Assembly: GCF_009914755.1 (NCBI RefSeq)
Contig: NC_060926.1
Origin: the human T2T-CHM13v2.0 reference genome, Homo sapiens
Length of the DNA: 64,000 nt
Strand: one strand, 5' to 3'
Shown here: piece by piece, positions 27,674 to 42,029 of the stretch
Layout of the letters: each line of letters opens with the position of its first letter
How positions within the stretch are numbered: the stretch's first letter is position 1
Notes under the pieces: generated by a model
Databases searched by the model: none
What the model was told of the DNA's origin: nothing
Seen by the model: the letters and a program-made list of their open reading frames with translations, nothing else
Program-made: the position numbers and the translations under genes

Positions 27674-30000
27674 AGAATGATCATGGGAGTGGTTGTCTCA
27701 TATATGCACTAACAAAAAAATCTAAATTATCACAATAAGTGAGTTTTATTAACATTTTAAATTGTATTGCATATTTACAACAAAAGTAATAGTAAGTGAA
27801 TAGCCTATTTCTAAAATTTTGGTATCAGATTCCATTTTAATTTTATACCATATTTAATTATTATATATGTAAATCCTTCTATAAAACCTGAAAAGCTGTT
27901 TATTGTCATAGAAAAAGTAAAATTCTGAATGAGTATTATTTGCACTTCTGTTTGCCTATTATACACATATACAAACATATATTCACATACAAATTGTTTT
28001 AAAAATTGTCTAAAATAAAGCTGCATATTTGGGGAAGCCACAATGTTAGACTGTAGAAATACACATGTATTCAAAAGAAGACTGCAATATTGATAAACAT
28101 AATGCAAATAAGTATTAAATGTGTCTATGAATATTTAGTAAGATGTTCCAGGAAATGTTATTTTGAAGGAAAATATATGGCACAACTTAATTAAAGCCAA
28201 GCAAAGAAAATCACCCTTTCCCATTAGAAATCTGGAACAGAATTTGAGTTCCTGCTTCCACTACATTGGTCTTTTGACACCTGCTATATTAAAATAACCC
28301 ACTGAGATTACAATAATCCCTATAGTGCCCACAACCCACACCTCCCCAATGCCCCTCTTTCCTTGCCTTCTCTTTTACACGATTTATGGACTATTTCCAC
28401 CACTAGACATAAATCTCCTTTTCTGATACAATGTTAGATTACTTTTTATTTACATGCCTCTTCATACCAGAGGAAATGCTATGTAAGAGCAAGATTCAAT
28501 TTTTAATGGGGAAATAGATGCTTTAATCTGAGGATTATTTTTTAAAGGTTATAAAGGTAGAGGAGATGAATTAAATAAAAAAAGAACTCATAAATGCTTT
28601 TTAAAATAGCCTATGTAGTAGAATGAATAGTCACAGCATGCCAAAATTAATTTTCAGTATGTGCATGCTTCAGTGATTAAAAGGTTTTAGAAGCATTAAA
28701 ATTCTCCTAATCTCAATAGCCAGGTGGCAGCAATAGAATGAGTGAGTAGCCACTCAAGGGTCTTATGGTGGAAACTATTTACCAATCAGTATAGAAGCAT
28801 TTTAATATCTTAACAAATGGCATGACTACACCAATCCTACCAGTGTACTATCAGCTCTAAATGCATAATGTGCTTTCTGAATCACTAAGAGCCTTCTAAA
28901 CAACTGTAGTTAGTAGTGAATTGCCGAAAGGATAATTTCATCTAGTTAATCTTTTATTGACTGTTTGGCTTTTAAATAACATGCAAAGGAAATATTACAA
29001 ATATCAAGACATTTGAATTACAATGAGCATTACATTAATTATAGCATGTTTGTACAATTTATACCAGGTTGATTTTAACATATTATATATTCAATATCCA
29101 AAAGAATATGTTCAATACAGTCCCATTTGAGAAACAGCAATACTGCTTAAAGCCAGAATGAAAATTATCAACAGAATTAATGGTGAAACTTCTAACTTTC
29201 TCTCTTATCTAGTATTTGTTTACAAATTAAAAAAAAAACTACAAACTTGCAATAATTTAAAACTATGAAAAACTCATGATTTTTCACTCTACAGACATGT
29301 CAGATTTGATGAGGCTTTGCTCAAATTAAAAACATATAAGTAATTATTTATTGCAGTATCTCTGTTAGGCTCTATATGGACAAAAATTCAGTTGGAAAAA
29401 GTAAATGCAAACACTCAAATCTAAAGTCCAAAGCAAGTTCTGAAGTAAGAAGATGTATCAGAACGTAGCGCATGACTCATTGAGTAATGAAAGGTACATA
29501 GATTAGGAAAGTTGGCTAGTGTTCAACGATACAGAAATAGAACATCAGAAGCCAAAAGCATGAATGGAAATCAAGTGTCAGAAACCACTTAAAAACATTA
29601 ATCAGAGGATTTCCAGGAAAAATGTTGAGTTGAGATGAACTTTCTAACCTTCCTCACTTCATTAACACACTTCTGGAAAATCCCAAGAGAGTATAAAGAT
29701 ATAAAAAGGGACTATTCATGACTAAACTTCAAAAATTTCACTTGAAAACTGGATTATGTGGGATGAGATTGGAAGAGGATAGAAGGAACTATACTGTCAA
29801 TAATTATACCTATAATTTCAACAAGAATAAGGTAAATATTGATTCTGAAAAGAAGGAAAAATATCAAAGATGGAACAAAAATGATTCTGATGTTGACAAA
29901 AAGAAGGCAGACAGAAATAAACACAATAAAAATAGGATGATGATATAAGAAAAGTGTAAAATGCAGGACAAAAACCATAGAATTAAAATATTCATTAGCA

Positions 30001-30337
<337 letters not shown>

Positions 30338-30426
30338 ATATTCATTAGCAATAAAATGAGTCACCTTTGCAGACAGTAGAATCTATGAGTTAGTAGACAA
30401 GTTTGATAACGTTAGTATTTAGAGGT

Positions 30427-30873
30427 TGTATTAGTCAAGGTTCTCTAAAGGGACAAAAATAATAGGATAGATGTATATATGAATGGGAGTTTATTAGGAG
30501 TATTGACTCACACGATCACAAGATGAAGTCCCACAATAGGCCGTCTGCAAGCTGTGGAGCAAGGGAGCCAGTCCGAGTCCCAAAACCTCAAAAGTAGGGA
30601 AGCAGACAGTGCAGCCTTCAGTCTGTGGCTGAAGGCCCAAGAGCCCCTGGCAAACCATTCGTGTAAGTCCAAGAGTCCAAAGGCTGAAGAACTTGGAGTC
30701 TGATGTTCGAGAGCAGGAAGCATGCAGCATGGGAGAAAGATGAAGGCCAGAAAATTCAGTTAAGTCTCCACATTCCACTTTCTTCTGCCTGCTTTATTCT
30801 AGCCACACTGGCAACACCCTCAGAGACACACTCAGGAACAATACTTGGTTGACACTCAATATTAGCCATCACA
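30427..30873 (-). mobile_element. MLT2A2-like solo LTR
   Basis: tgtattagtcaaggttctct...gttgacactcaatattagccatcaca. TSD gaggt/gagat. Confidence 0.93.
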
Positions 30874-31397
30874 GAGATGAATGTCAGAAATGAAAACTCT
30901 AAAAGAGATGATTTGATAACATAGGAAACAGAAATCTAATATATGGTGATGCGAATTTCTGAAGAGAGGGAATAAATGCTAAGCAATAAACAAAGATGTA
31001 GTAACAAGAAACATTCTTGAGCAGAACAAAGATTTGTTTTGTAAAAAAGGAATCATCATCTACCCTGACACATCAGAAAAGGACATCAATGACAATGAAG
31101 CAGAGTCCTTACAGTCTGACAGGTTTCAGTGGTGACCAAAATCCTAGGGACTCAGGGGGAAATTAAAACACATTAAATAAAATAAGAGGATTAAAACAAA
31201 TAATTCAAGAGCTATAGTGTCATAGTGTAAAAGGTCTAGTAGTCAGCCCATGGAATGTGCAAAACACAATTATGATTTAAACTTCTTTTAAAAATTTTGT
31301 CTCATTAAAAAATTTCATGTGAAACAATAAAAACTTTTACACAAGTTCCAATTATCACAGATTTAACAACAAAAATGAAGTGATAAAAATGTAAATA

Positions 31398-31690
31398 GGC
31401 CGGACATGGTGGCTCACGCCTGTAATCCCAGCACTTTGGGAGGCTGAGGCGGGGAGATCACGAGGTCAGGAGATCGAGACCATCCTGGCTAACACAGTGA
31501 AACCCTGTCTCTACTAAAAATACAAAAAAAATTAGCTGGGTGTGGTGGTATGTGCCTGTAGTCCCAGCTACTCGGGAGGCTGAGGCAGGAGAATCGCTTG
31601 AACTGGGAGGCGGAGGTTGCAATGAGCTGAGATCATGCCACTGCACTCCAGCCTGGGTTACAGAGCGAGGCTCCAACTCAAAAACAGAAA
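31398..31690 (+). mobile_element. AluSc8-like
   Basis: Y-type left arm (gagatcgagaccatcctggctaacac) with S-type right arm (gaatcgcttgaac, gaggttgca). Degenerate TSD aaaaa(t)gtaaa. Confidence 0.95.
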
Positions 31691-32399
31691 AAGTAAACAT
31701 TTATTGACAGTAAGTCGGTGTGTTTTCTATTACAATGTTTAGAATTTAAATCTAAATTTGTAAAACCTTAAAGATAGTGAATATAAATACTTCCAACAGG
31801 ATTTATACTTCCAGAATTTATAGAGGATGAAAAAGGAAAATAATCTGAATCTACCCTTTAAAACAATTTTTCAAAACTAAGGATAACAACCAAAAAGACT
31901 CCTTGATAAAGAACAATTTAATTCTTTATGAAAATGAACTTAGATGAGTCAAATACCACCAGAAAAAAAGACGCATTATTTCCTTCCAGTAATATCCTGA
32001 AAGATGATTGCTTGCTAAAGACTATTGGCAATCTTTAAAGTTTTAATAAGTAATGCCAAATAATCTGTCACAAAATTTGTATCAACATGCATTTCTTTTG
32101 GCAATATTTTGAAGTAACTGTTCTTTCTGCCCCATCAAAGCTCAAACACTCTTCAGGTTCTAATATTGTTACTTGCAACTGTCTCTCTTAATTTGCAATG
32201 TGTCAATGGCTATTGATGTAAATATTTTAAGAGATTCACTGGACAGTGGGATTTATCTTTTTCTTTGTGAATAAACTGTAAATATTATTTTCTTATATTT
32301 TAAATGGAGAATTTACTCAGGTTTGTAAGCACAATGTTAATATCTTATGTAGAACATACATTTACAGATATTATAATTTTTCTGTTATTTATATAGCAA

Positions 32400-32750
32400 A
32401 ATATCTATTTCTACATTTGCCATTTATTTTAACTATTGTTTGTTTACATGCCAAATATTTGTGTTTTTAAAATAATTTTGTGTAGCTAAGTGTACTATGC
32501 ATTAATTTTTCTTTTTTCATTAAGAATGGACTTCCAAATGCTTTCACAAATTTTAGATCAAATAAATATTTTCCTTTAGCTGTCCTGTGGCTTTATGTCT
32601 TTATTTCATTATTTAATCTACACAAGGTTTATTTTACTATAACATCTGAGGTGGAATTTAACTTTCTTTTCTAAGTAGATCATGATTATCCTAGGGCTGT
32701 TTATTAGTTATTTCCTAATTTTTCCACATGGCTAAAAATACACATTGTTC
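32400..32750 (-). mobile_element. Old L1M ORF2 fragment
   Basis: T-rich, with tttaatctacacaaggtttattttactataacatctgaggtggaatttaact resembling antisense L1 ORF2. Confidence 0.5.
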
Positions 32751-32889
32751 TACTGAAATCACTGGAACAATTATCAAAGACTGTAGATGATGGGTTACTC
32801 GGGGAGTGAGATATATTAGAGAGTCCCAAGGTTTATTTAGTCCTAGGATCGCTTTTCAGGGCTTCTCTGTGTCAGTGATGACATGCAGT

Positions 32890-33815
32890 CACATGGTTTA
32901 AAATGTCACCTATGTCTGATGACACCCAAATGAACGTCTCCAGTCAATAATGAACACCATGTGATCTCTAACTATATCTTTGTGTGTGCGTGTGTGTGAC
33001 AGAGAGAGAGCGCGCACAATATGTGCATGTAAATGTAAATTAATATAGTGAATTATACTTATAAGAAGTAAATTTAGAGATATGACTGTCTGCCTACTTG
33101 ACACGTCTTCCTGAATGTCTATCTTCTCTCCCTTCTTGTCCATAGCAGTTCAGCATCTCAAATCTTTCAGGCCCCTAACCCTAACATGATTGTCAACTCC
33201 TCTTTCTTCTATGCCTCGCATCTCATTTCTTCGCAAATCAAAACACTTTTTAAAGATATTAAGAATCTGATCTTTGTTCACCTCCTCTACAGCAACTGTC
33301 CTGGTGCAAACCACCATTAACTTGGGCCTAGAATTTTGTATTCTGCTCCTAATCAGCCTCTCTACTTCTATCCTTGCGCTTTCCACCTGGCTCTGCAGTG
33401 ACTTTCACATACAGGAAGCACAGTGAAACTTTAAAAACTGCAGGGCCTTCATATTTACCATTCCCTTCTTCTGAAGCAATTCCCTCAAGTTGTTACGTAG
33501 GTAACTCTTTTACTTCAAATCCTTGCTCAATTTTCATTATATCAGAGAGGTTAGTCTAATCATCTCAAACAAAATAACAACTCCAAGCTTATTCTATTTC
33601 CCTGTTAATTTTCCTGTTTTCCTCACAGCATTTACCATTGGACTATTATATGTCTATTTTATTACCTAGTATCTTTCTCCTTCCACTAGATTATGAGGTT
33701 CATGACAATACCAAGTTAGTTTTGTTCACGTTGCCATCTGTTAGAGCAGAAATTGGCACAAAATAGAAGTTCAATATATTTTTTGAATAATTGAATAAAT
33801 AATTGAATAGATGAA
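32890..33815 (+). mobile_element. L2a
   Basis: ggtttaaaatgtcacctatgtctgatgac, tgcctacttgacacgtcttcc, ccactagattatgaggttcatga, and a tail aatatattttttgaataattgaataaat. Confidence 0.85.
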
Positions 33816-35439
33816 AAAAAGCTGGACTAATTAAGATCTGTTTTATTCAAATTTAATCCAGTTTTTCCTAAAAGCTGTTCAGTTTTTGCAAAGAAGGATC
33901 ATTAATATATGTTTTATAGTCATAGACCCCAGTGTTATTCCTCATTATATGCTGAAAGACTGCATTAGGATCTTCTTTAAGACTTACCGATTTAATTCTT
34001 TTAGGCTTTTTCTGATTTATAAACAGCATTTATAGAAATTATGTTTCAATAATGATATGTTTGGAAATGCTGATTCTTTTTAGCACCAGTTGTGCCATGA
34101 TTTCATGGGAGTTTGTAATGTGCAAGGTTTCTTCCTTGCTGGGTTCTAATTGCCTATTACACCATACAACATGGTTCTACTAATTGTACTAAGTAAGAGT
34201 GATCTACCCGTGACACATTTGATATTTTATAACTGTGTTTTAACTCCCAGTAGAACAGCACACAGGGAATAAGAAAGAAATATCTCTCGGGACAATCACA
34301 ATCAATGGTAATCTGATGTTTTAAAGTTGAAAAATAGCTGAAAAACTGCAGCAGAAATAATGTCTCTTGGGAGGAATGGCTTCAAACTTCAGCTACAGAG
34401 AGAGAACAATAATTCCAAGGAGCCAATATAGATTGTAATCTATTCAGTATTTAAAACTCATATTTTCTAAACAAGATCATTGTCACATGCATTTATTATT
34501 TTAAATGGGCTCTCTCAAGAAAGCATTGAATTTATATTTATGAAGACATTTATAGCTCACTAAATGCCAAGTAAAGATTATTAAAAAAATCTTTATCGAA
34601 GTCTAACAGCAATGAAAGACATTTTCCATTAGTAGTATAATTAGCTCATAAATATGTAAGCAATAAATGCATAGTTTTTTTTACTCTTAATATATTAATA
34701 TTGTATATGATATCGGCCATGGAGCTGTAAATAATGTTGACAAATTAAATCACCATTCCCTGTGTACCGAATATCAATTTTATTGAAGGAGGAGATATTT
34801 CTAAAACAGTATTTTAAAAATTCTCCCACCACAAATCTTCAAATGTCTCTCCTTGGGGCTCTTAGTTTAGATTATAATTCTCCATATTTGTAGTGAAGGG
34901 TGATAATAATCTATGCTATGCAAAAGTCAACATAGAGCTAAGATTTGTAATTTTCATTTATACGTCAGTTAATTTCTAATATCAATAGGGCTGTTTTGTT
35001 TTATGCTATATATGTGGCTTGTTTGTCTCTTAAAATTTAATAATGTCTTATTAAATGAACTAATAAAAATAATTAACTTATAAAGGAGGAGATGGATTAC
35101 TTAAATGTTAAATAAAGACTTACACTGCAGATGTTCAGATCATAATAGTTTTATATGTTCCTTACTTTGCGAGCTGTAAGCAAAGGACCAGAATATCTGA
35201 GGCTGAAACTATAATACAATCAAGATTTCAAGATTTTTTAATATAAAAGTATGCTTAGTATACCTTTATTATTGATAATTAAATACTGGAAAAAACCATA
35301 AAGGTTCTGTTATGGCAAATAATTATATTAATATTTTAATCTTAAAATAGCATATAATAAGATTTTTAAAGTAAAGATTTCAAAGCATTTTCAAAATTTG
35401 GAAAATTTTCATTATAGAATCCATTTCAAATTGTTTAAT

Positions 35440-36270
35440 TTTAATAAACTACAGAAAAGATATGCAGAACTTAGTGAAATATTATAAGGTAAACATCCTT
35501 GTCACCACAACCCAAGCTGTGAAACAGAATTTTGCCAGCTTTCTAGAAGTCTTGCCCAAGTGTCTCAATTCAATCACAACTTCTTCCTTCTCTGCAAGAT
35601 TAAATTGCTCTTTTGACATTTATTGCAATCCTTTTCTTCTACGTTTTTCTAGTTTTAATATCAATATGCACATTCCTAGACATAAATAGTTTAATCTTGC
35701 TCAATTTTTAAAAACATGATGCCTTTCAAGCTTCTGTTCAATCTGCAGATTTTCTCTCCGTCTTCTATTTTCTTACTATTTATGGGTGGAAGCTCTGGGG
35801 AAATCTGGATTTCTCACAGTCTGGAGTTTGTTGATTTCATAATCATGGTGCAGTGTTACGTATTCCTTTGTCTCCTGTATTTCCTGAAAATAGGCAACTA
35901 AATCCAGAGGCTTGTTTAGATTGAGGTTTGATCACTTTGGTCGGGCTGTAGATGTTTTCCTTCTGCAGGAAGTGTATCACGTCTGCCTGTTTATCTTTTG
36001 GTGATGTTTGCAATCACTGAAATTTAGTGCCTGTATTCAGTAATCTTTTGAGGGTTGCAAAATTATGACATTCTAATTCTAATATTCTTTTCACTTATTC
36101 TTAGAAATTATTCTATAAAGAGAAGATTTCATTTATCTACCATTAGTTTACCCAGTGTTACAGTTCATATATAAAACCCAGGATAAAGGCAAGATATTTC
36201 ACATTATTTACTAGTTCTCAAGAAAATGAATTGGTTTCCTCTCATTCTCCAAATGTGATTAACTAGGCTT
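35440..36270 (-). mobile_element. Old L1MC/ME 3' UTR fragments
   Basis: aaacatccttgtcaccacaacccaag..cagaattttgccagc; tctcacagtctggagtttgttgatt; tccagaggcttgtttagattgagg. Confidence 0.65.
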
Positions 36271-36284
36271 TTAAAAAATAATCT

Positions 36285-36482
36285 TTTATTTTTATTATTT
36301 TTTTTCTTAATTATTGTTTTTTATTATACTTTAAGTTCTAGGGTACATGCGCACAATGTGCAGGTTTGTTACATATGTATACATGTGCCATGTTGGTGTG
36401 CTGCACCCATTAACTCGTCATTTACATTAGATATATCTCCTAATGCTATCCCTCCCCTTCCCCCCACCCCGGTGTGTGATGT
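36285..36482 (-). mobile_element. Short L1PA (about PA4-7) 3' end
   Basis: ttattatactttaagttctagggtacatg..ctgcacccattaactcgtcatttacattag. Confidence 0.93.
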
Positions 36483-36484
36483 CC

Positions 36485-37050
36485 AGATTCACACATAGTT
36501 CTAAGAAAAACAAACAAACAAACAAACAAACAAAAAACCAGAAGAATCCTGTATATATTTACTCAAGTTCCCCCGATGATAATATCTTGCAAAACTACAG
36601 ATAACATTATAACCTGGCTATTGACATTGGTATAATCAAGAAACAGCATGTCCATCACTACGAAGGTCCGTCCTCCCTTTTACAGCCACAGTTACTTTTC
36701 TCACATTCCCCACACCTTCATAACCTCAGGCAACACTAACAGTTTATCATTTCTATAATTTTATTTCATTTTTTAAATTAAAATAGTGTTTTGCTTTTCT
36801 TTTAACATAAACCCAAGAAACAAAAATGATGTAAGCTGTTATAATTTTGTTATTTCAATAATTTTATAAATATCAAATTATACAATCAGTAACTTTTTGG
36901 AATTGACTTTTTTCACTCAGCATAATTCTCTGGACATCTAGGCTGTTGCATGCATCAATAGTCCCTTTTATTTCTAAGTACACTTTAGGTTATGAGTGCA
37001 CCACAATTTGTTTAGTAATTTACCTGTTGGAGAGCATGTGAGTTGATTTT
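36485..37050 (-). mobile_element. L1MC1/2-like 3' end
   Basis: agattcacacatagtt..aatatcttgcaaaactac..ctattgacattggtataatcaag..tttcactcagcataattctctgga. Confidence 0.8.
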
Positions 37051-40000
37051 CATTTTTTAAAATGTTCCCTAGCTACTAAATACGTACCACAATGGCATCT
37101 AACAACCATCAGGGGCTTTTTGAAACTTTGTCCTCTTAGAGTTAGATTCTATTAAGCTCTGAGGAGCAGCCTAATGGTTTTCAGATTCCAGACTTCAACC
37201 ATACCTCTCTAGAGTGTTACAGTGTCTTACTCTCCAAGAATTTGTTTGGATCTTTAATTAATTAAGACATATTATTCCCACAGTGATGTGGATGTTACTA
37301 CATAAAAGCTAAAGAATACAAATTGATAACTTATGCATATGCATGAGTAGTAATGGTTTACCTGCTTGCAGACATAATGTAGACCACAAAACAGAAACAC
37401 CAGGGGAAAGCATTATGGTGGAATGAGGGACAAAACTGAGAAAAAATAATGAAGGTAATACTGTCATTATGGGAGAAGATAAAAAATAAAATAATTGCAA
37501 AATAAATTTTATTTAATTGGATATAGCATTTCTGGCTTTATCCACATTTCTACATAGATATTTTACAATTTCATGGACTAGAGTATTATTATCCTAGTTT
37601 AGGGTATTTCTTCCCCCTCAGGCTTGTCTTCAAACTCTAGAACATTATTAATTTTTCTGGCAAACAAGGCTGTCTTAGAAATTCTACTTTAAGGATCTTG
37701 CTCAGATATCTCATCCTTTACAGAACTATTGTTGACCAGCCCAGTAAAAGAGGATTTCTATCAACCCATAGGCTTCCTACAATCCTTATCATCATTTACT
37801 TCTTGACATTCTCTAAATGTTTCAGTTTTTCTTTTTGCATGAACATGTCAAATCTCTTAAAATATTACGTATTCTGTGGAATATTGATGCTATTTCTTTG
37901 TAGTCTCCTAAGCACTCAATATAGAGACTTTCAAAGAGTACCTATTTTGGCCTTAGTTAGCTTGGCTCTTGGCTAGTAAGCTGGATATTGCTGAATATCT
38001 GAGAGAAAGAAGAGTCTTTTCCAGTTTACTCAATAGTAGTAACTGAAGCAAAAATGTGGTGAGACATTTTTCATACATAAGCGTCCCAACCCAACTTAGG
38101 GATTTCTTAAATCAATCTGCTGATCAAGAAAGACATATAGATTATTTATTAACCTAAGGTTGTGAGGGAATTCTCTGAAAGGAAGTGATTGACCCCTACT
38201 TAATTCCATAGAAATTGGAGATGACTCAGATGCCTAGCATGCTAGGGATTCGTCTACCAATTGTTTAGCAATTCCCTAGCTGTCCCCTCAAAGGGATGGA
38301 ACTGTAGAATCAATTTTTCCATTTCCCTCTCACCCAAATTATGCTGTGCAGGCAACTGGACGGGGTTCCACTGCTAGGCTGTAATCATTTAGTTCACCAG
38401 AAGTATAAATGCACTAATATTTTATCCATTATATATGTCTATATACAGAGAGAGAATATGGGCTTCACGGATCCTGGTTTTCCAACAAAGACCAATTAAA
38501 TCATCCAATTAAAAGGGAGTTAAAATAACTTTTACAAACCATGTTAAATACAAAGTTCACACTAGTGATCAAAGAATATGGCCCCCTATTATCTTTTGGT
38601 GAGTCTTAAATTTATAAGGCACTCAGTCACCACAATCTCTGTGGGTCACTATAGTTCTCTCTGTAACCATTGCTTAATCCTGCCATGCACATAATTGCAA
38701 GCATTATACAGCTCCTACATGTTTTGTCTCTAAATTCTTGAAATATTACTTGCAAACATAAAAAAATGCTTATGTCCAGGTACTTCCTTTGTTGCTGTTT
38801 TATTACCAAAGAAAAGCCTCACATTTCACTTAACACATTGTGTCTCATGCAAATAGGATGCACAAATATCCATTAAAAATGTAGACTCTAATATAAGAAG
38901 AAATATTTAAAATGTGTCTTAAAGAGGCAATTTGGATAGCTCTATATACTCCCCATTAGACACATTTTATTTGTTTGGTTGTTTGTTTGCTTATTTGTTT
39001 TCAGCTTGGAACATCAACCACCAGAGTTTATCTTTGCATGCAAATGATAATAGATTGCAAGTGCTCTCTCAGTGTTAATCTCACAATTTAAATTGGTTTC
39101 ATATTAATGCACTTGGTAGGAAGTACACATTTATCTCTGGTTTTCTCACTTGAGGATTCTAGGAGTGAAGTGTTTCTGGAGGAGTCCAGTGACCAGTAAA
39201 ATTCTTAAGGAGCACAAGCTCACACACTTTGCTGAAGTTACACAGAGCCTTGTGTTCCTTGAATAACCTATATAATTATAGTAAGCAGACTTTCTCCCCA
39301 GTGATGTGCCCATCTGTTTCTTTTGTAGACTTCTTTTCTTCCTAAATATTTATTGATGAATATCTACTATATTTCCAAGGAAAATCTTTACAGGCTTTTG
39401 AGTAGAAAAATTGCAAGGACTAATTCAACATCCTTACTATGGTTTTCATTTATTCTTTACAAATCATTTAAAAAGAGTCAAGGCCATGGTTTAATCACCA
39501 TATTGCATTAAAAATTCAGCATTTGAAATTTGCCTAATAGATTACTATTTGCTGTGAACAGTCAGGCACAGCTTTGCTATTAGAATTCACTTGACCTTAG
39601 GCATGTTAAGCTAACTGCAGTCCTAAAATAGAATCTGCTTTGTTTCGATTTGTTTTGTTTTTCACAAGTTAGCATTACCTTTTAATGACTAAATTTATTT
39701 TAGAAAAATTATAAAGTACTGTTCAGAGTCTATGAAGTAATATTTTAGCATTGTGTATGTCACATGCCCAATACTGACTAGATACAAAATTCTGTATCCC
39801 CTTCAGTTGAATTTATTCTATTAGTTTCCCTAGCACCTGTATGACATAGTAAGATTTAAACTATGTATGGATAGAACTAAACAACTAGCATAACAACTTC
39901 TTGTCCCCTAGTTTTAGTCTCCTTCTGCCATTTTGCAAAGCCAGATTTCAAGAAATTATCCTAGAAATTCAATTAAGAGGTTTTGTGCTTACTCAAGTTA

Positions 40001-40400
40001 TCCTGCAACACAATATTGATAGGGGAATCAGTTGGAGAGTTTCTTCTTTCTTACACTACTGCTCATGGATCTAACCATCTAATGTTGCATTTTATTTCTT
40101 TGCACACTTGACTCTCAGACAAAAAATGTATGAGTTTAGAGACCAAATTACACTTGTGGCATTGCTCTTATTATATAGTGGGTTTTTAAAAATCTGTAAA
40201 ATAAGCCACACAGCAATTGCAATACTAAAGGTCCAGTAAAAGTCAACAGACCTCTAAAAACCCCCTTCAGTTCATAAGAAAATGGAACAAGGCTAACCAT
40301 ATTTACAATATAAAAATGAGTGGAATTAATTTAAAAAATAAATTGATCAAGGGAAGTAATTAATTTATAAAATGATAAGAAAAAATAAGATATTACATAC

Positions 40401-40452
40401 CTAAGTTTTAACAGATCTGTCATCTTATAAAAAGAGGATCACAGAATAGCTT
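40401..40452 (-). other. Candidate 52-nt exon
   Basis: Minus strand reads ctttttcatccttag|AAGC...CTTAG|gtatgt and contains ATG ACA GAT CTG TTA AAA CTT AG. Confidence 0.2.
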
Positions 40453-42029
40453 CTAAGGATGAAAAAGTAGGGGCAGCTTAATTTTCTCTTAGATACAGGC
40501 TGTAAGTCTGAGTCGGGGACATATGGTGAAATGAGTCCAAAACATCTTTCAAATGTTTTTAAAATTGTAAGTCTTTTTTTTTTTTTAAATGAAGGCAAAT
40601 CAGATGATAATATGAACAGAGATACAGGTATATTTGTTTTAATCAAGCTCTGTTTAAAAAAGTTAGTGTCAGTTCCCTCAGAGTCAATGACATAGATATC
40701 TCTTACTAATCTGTCATCATAAATATTTCGTTCAATTTTAGAGGACACATTTAGGACTAGCAGTAAGAAGCAATTTTAAAGTTAAGTGATGTTTGGATTT
40801 ATGTAAAACAAACACCTCCCCAATCTATCTTCCATTTGTTAGGAAATTATCTTATTTTACAATGATGAAAAAAGTATAATTTTTATACCATATCAAATAT
40901 TAATAATGTAATACCATCTTGTGTTTATTTGTATACACAGATTAGATCCTTACATTAGAATGTTCCCTTTTTTCATGTTAGTCATTTCTAAGAAATATTA
41001 TTTGATTCTTTAAATTTTTGTCTTTTTCTTTATATAAAACCAAAAATGATTAACAAAATAATTAGGACAACATTGCACTCACAAGGGAGATTATCTTTAA
41101 ACTATTTTAATAGAATAATATTGCAAAAGGAAACTTAGTAATTTTCTCATTAGTTAATATTAATAAAATATTTTTAAAATAATTATTTTCTTAGCTGTTA
41201 ATTACTTAAAATTACAATAAACTGTCTTTATAATCAAAAGTATGAGGATGTATTTGTTACATATTGGCTAAATCAAATTATCTTGATGTATGTTGTAGCA
41301 TTATAAGACAGGTGGGTAGGCAGCAAAGTATAATAAAAACTGTCACCTGATTAATGCTACCATGGATTTCATTGTAGTCCAAATCCATGAATCCATATAA
41401 AACTATTGAGATTTTCCATGTTTTTCCATTTAAATACTAATTAAAATATAATTGTTCTTCCCTTAACAAGACACATATATTGAACCTCCTTATGTTCTAC
41501 AACATATATATATATAAAATCATGATGTATGCAAATTACAGCTCATCATTTGCTAAATGCTTGCAGAGATTTTGACAAATGGTGCACACGAAATAACTAA
41601 AAATAAACAGCTCTTGTTTAATCTACTGAAACAAAATGAAGCTTGAATAAGGTCATATCATATGAAGCTGAAAGAGATTGTCAAATTGATAAATTTCAAT
41701 GAAGTCTCAGTAAATTTAGTAAAGAGAGAGAGAGAAACAAGGTCATCAAGCTTGTGTTTTGATAGCCCTACTCATAAGTGCTAGTAAACAGTAGGCTTCT
41801 CAGTAGAGCAAAATACTGTGGAGCCTTTGCATATGGCAGTTGCAAAGGCTTATTTACTCAAACACAGAGCCATATACATTTTCCAATATACAAGGCAGAA
41901 AAAGTGACATATATATTGGGCTGATAATGGGTTTAGGGGAGCAAATGAAAAGAGATTTGGAAACTAACCAGTCCACTAATGTTTATAGCTCTGGAGAAGA
42001 GAAACTGCTTTAGTCCATTTTTTCCATTT

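Noticed and set aside
28715-28735. CTCF-like ccaggtggcagca
   Set aside because: The 5' CCA of the core motif is missing, so the match is too weak.
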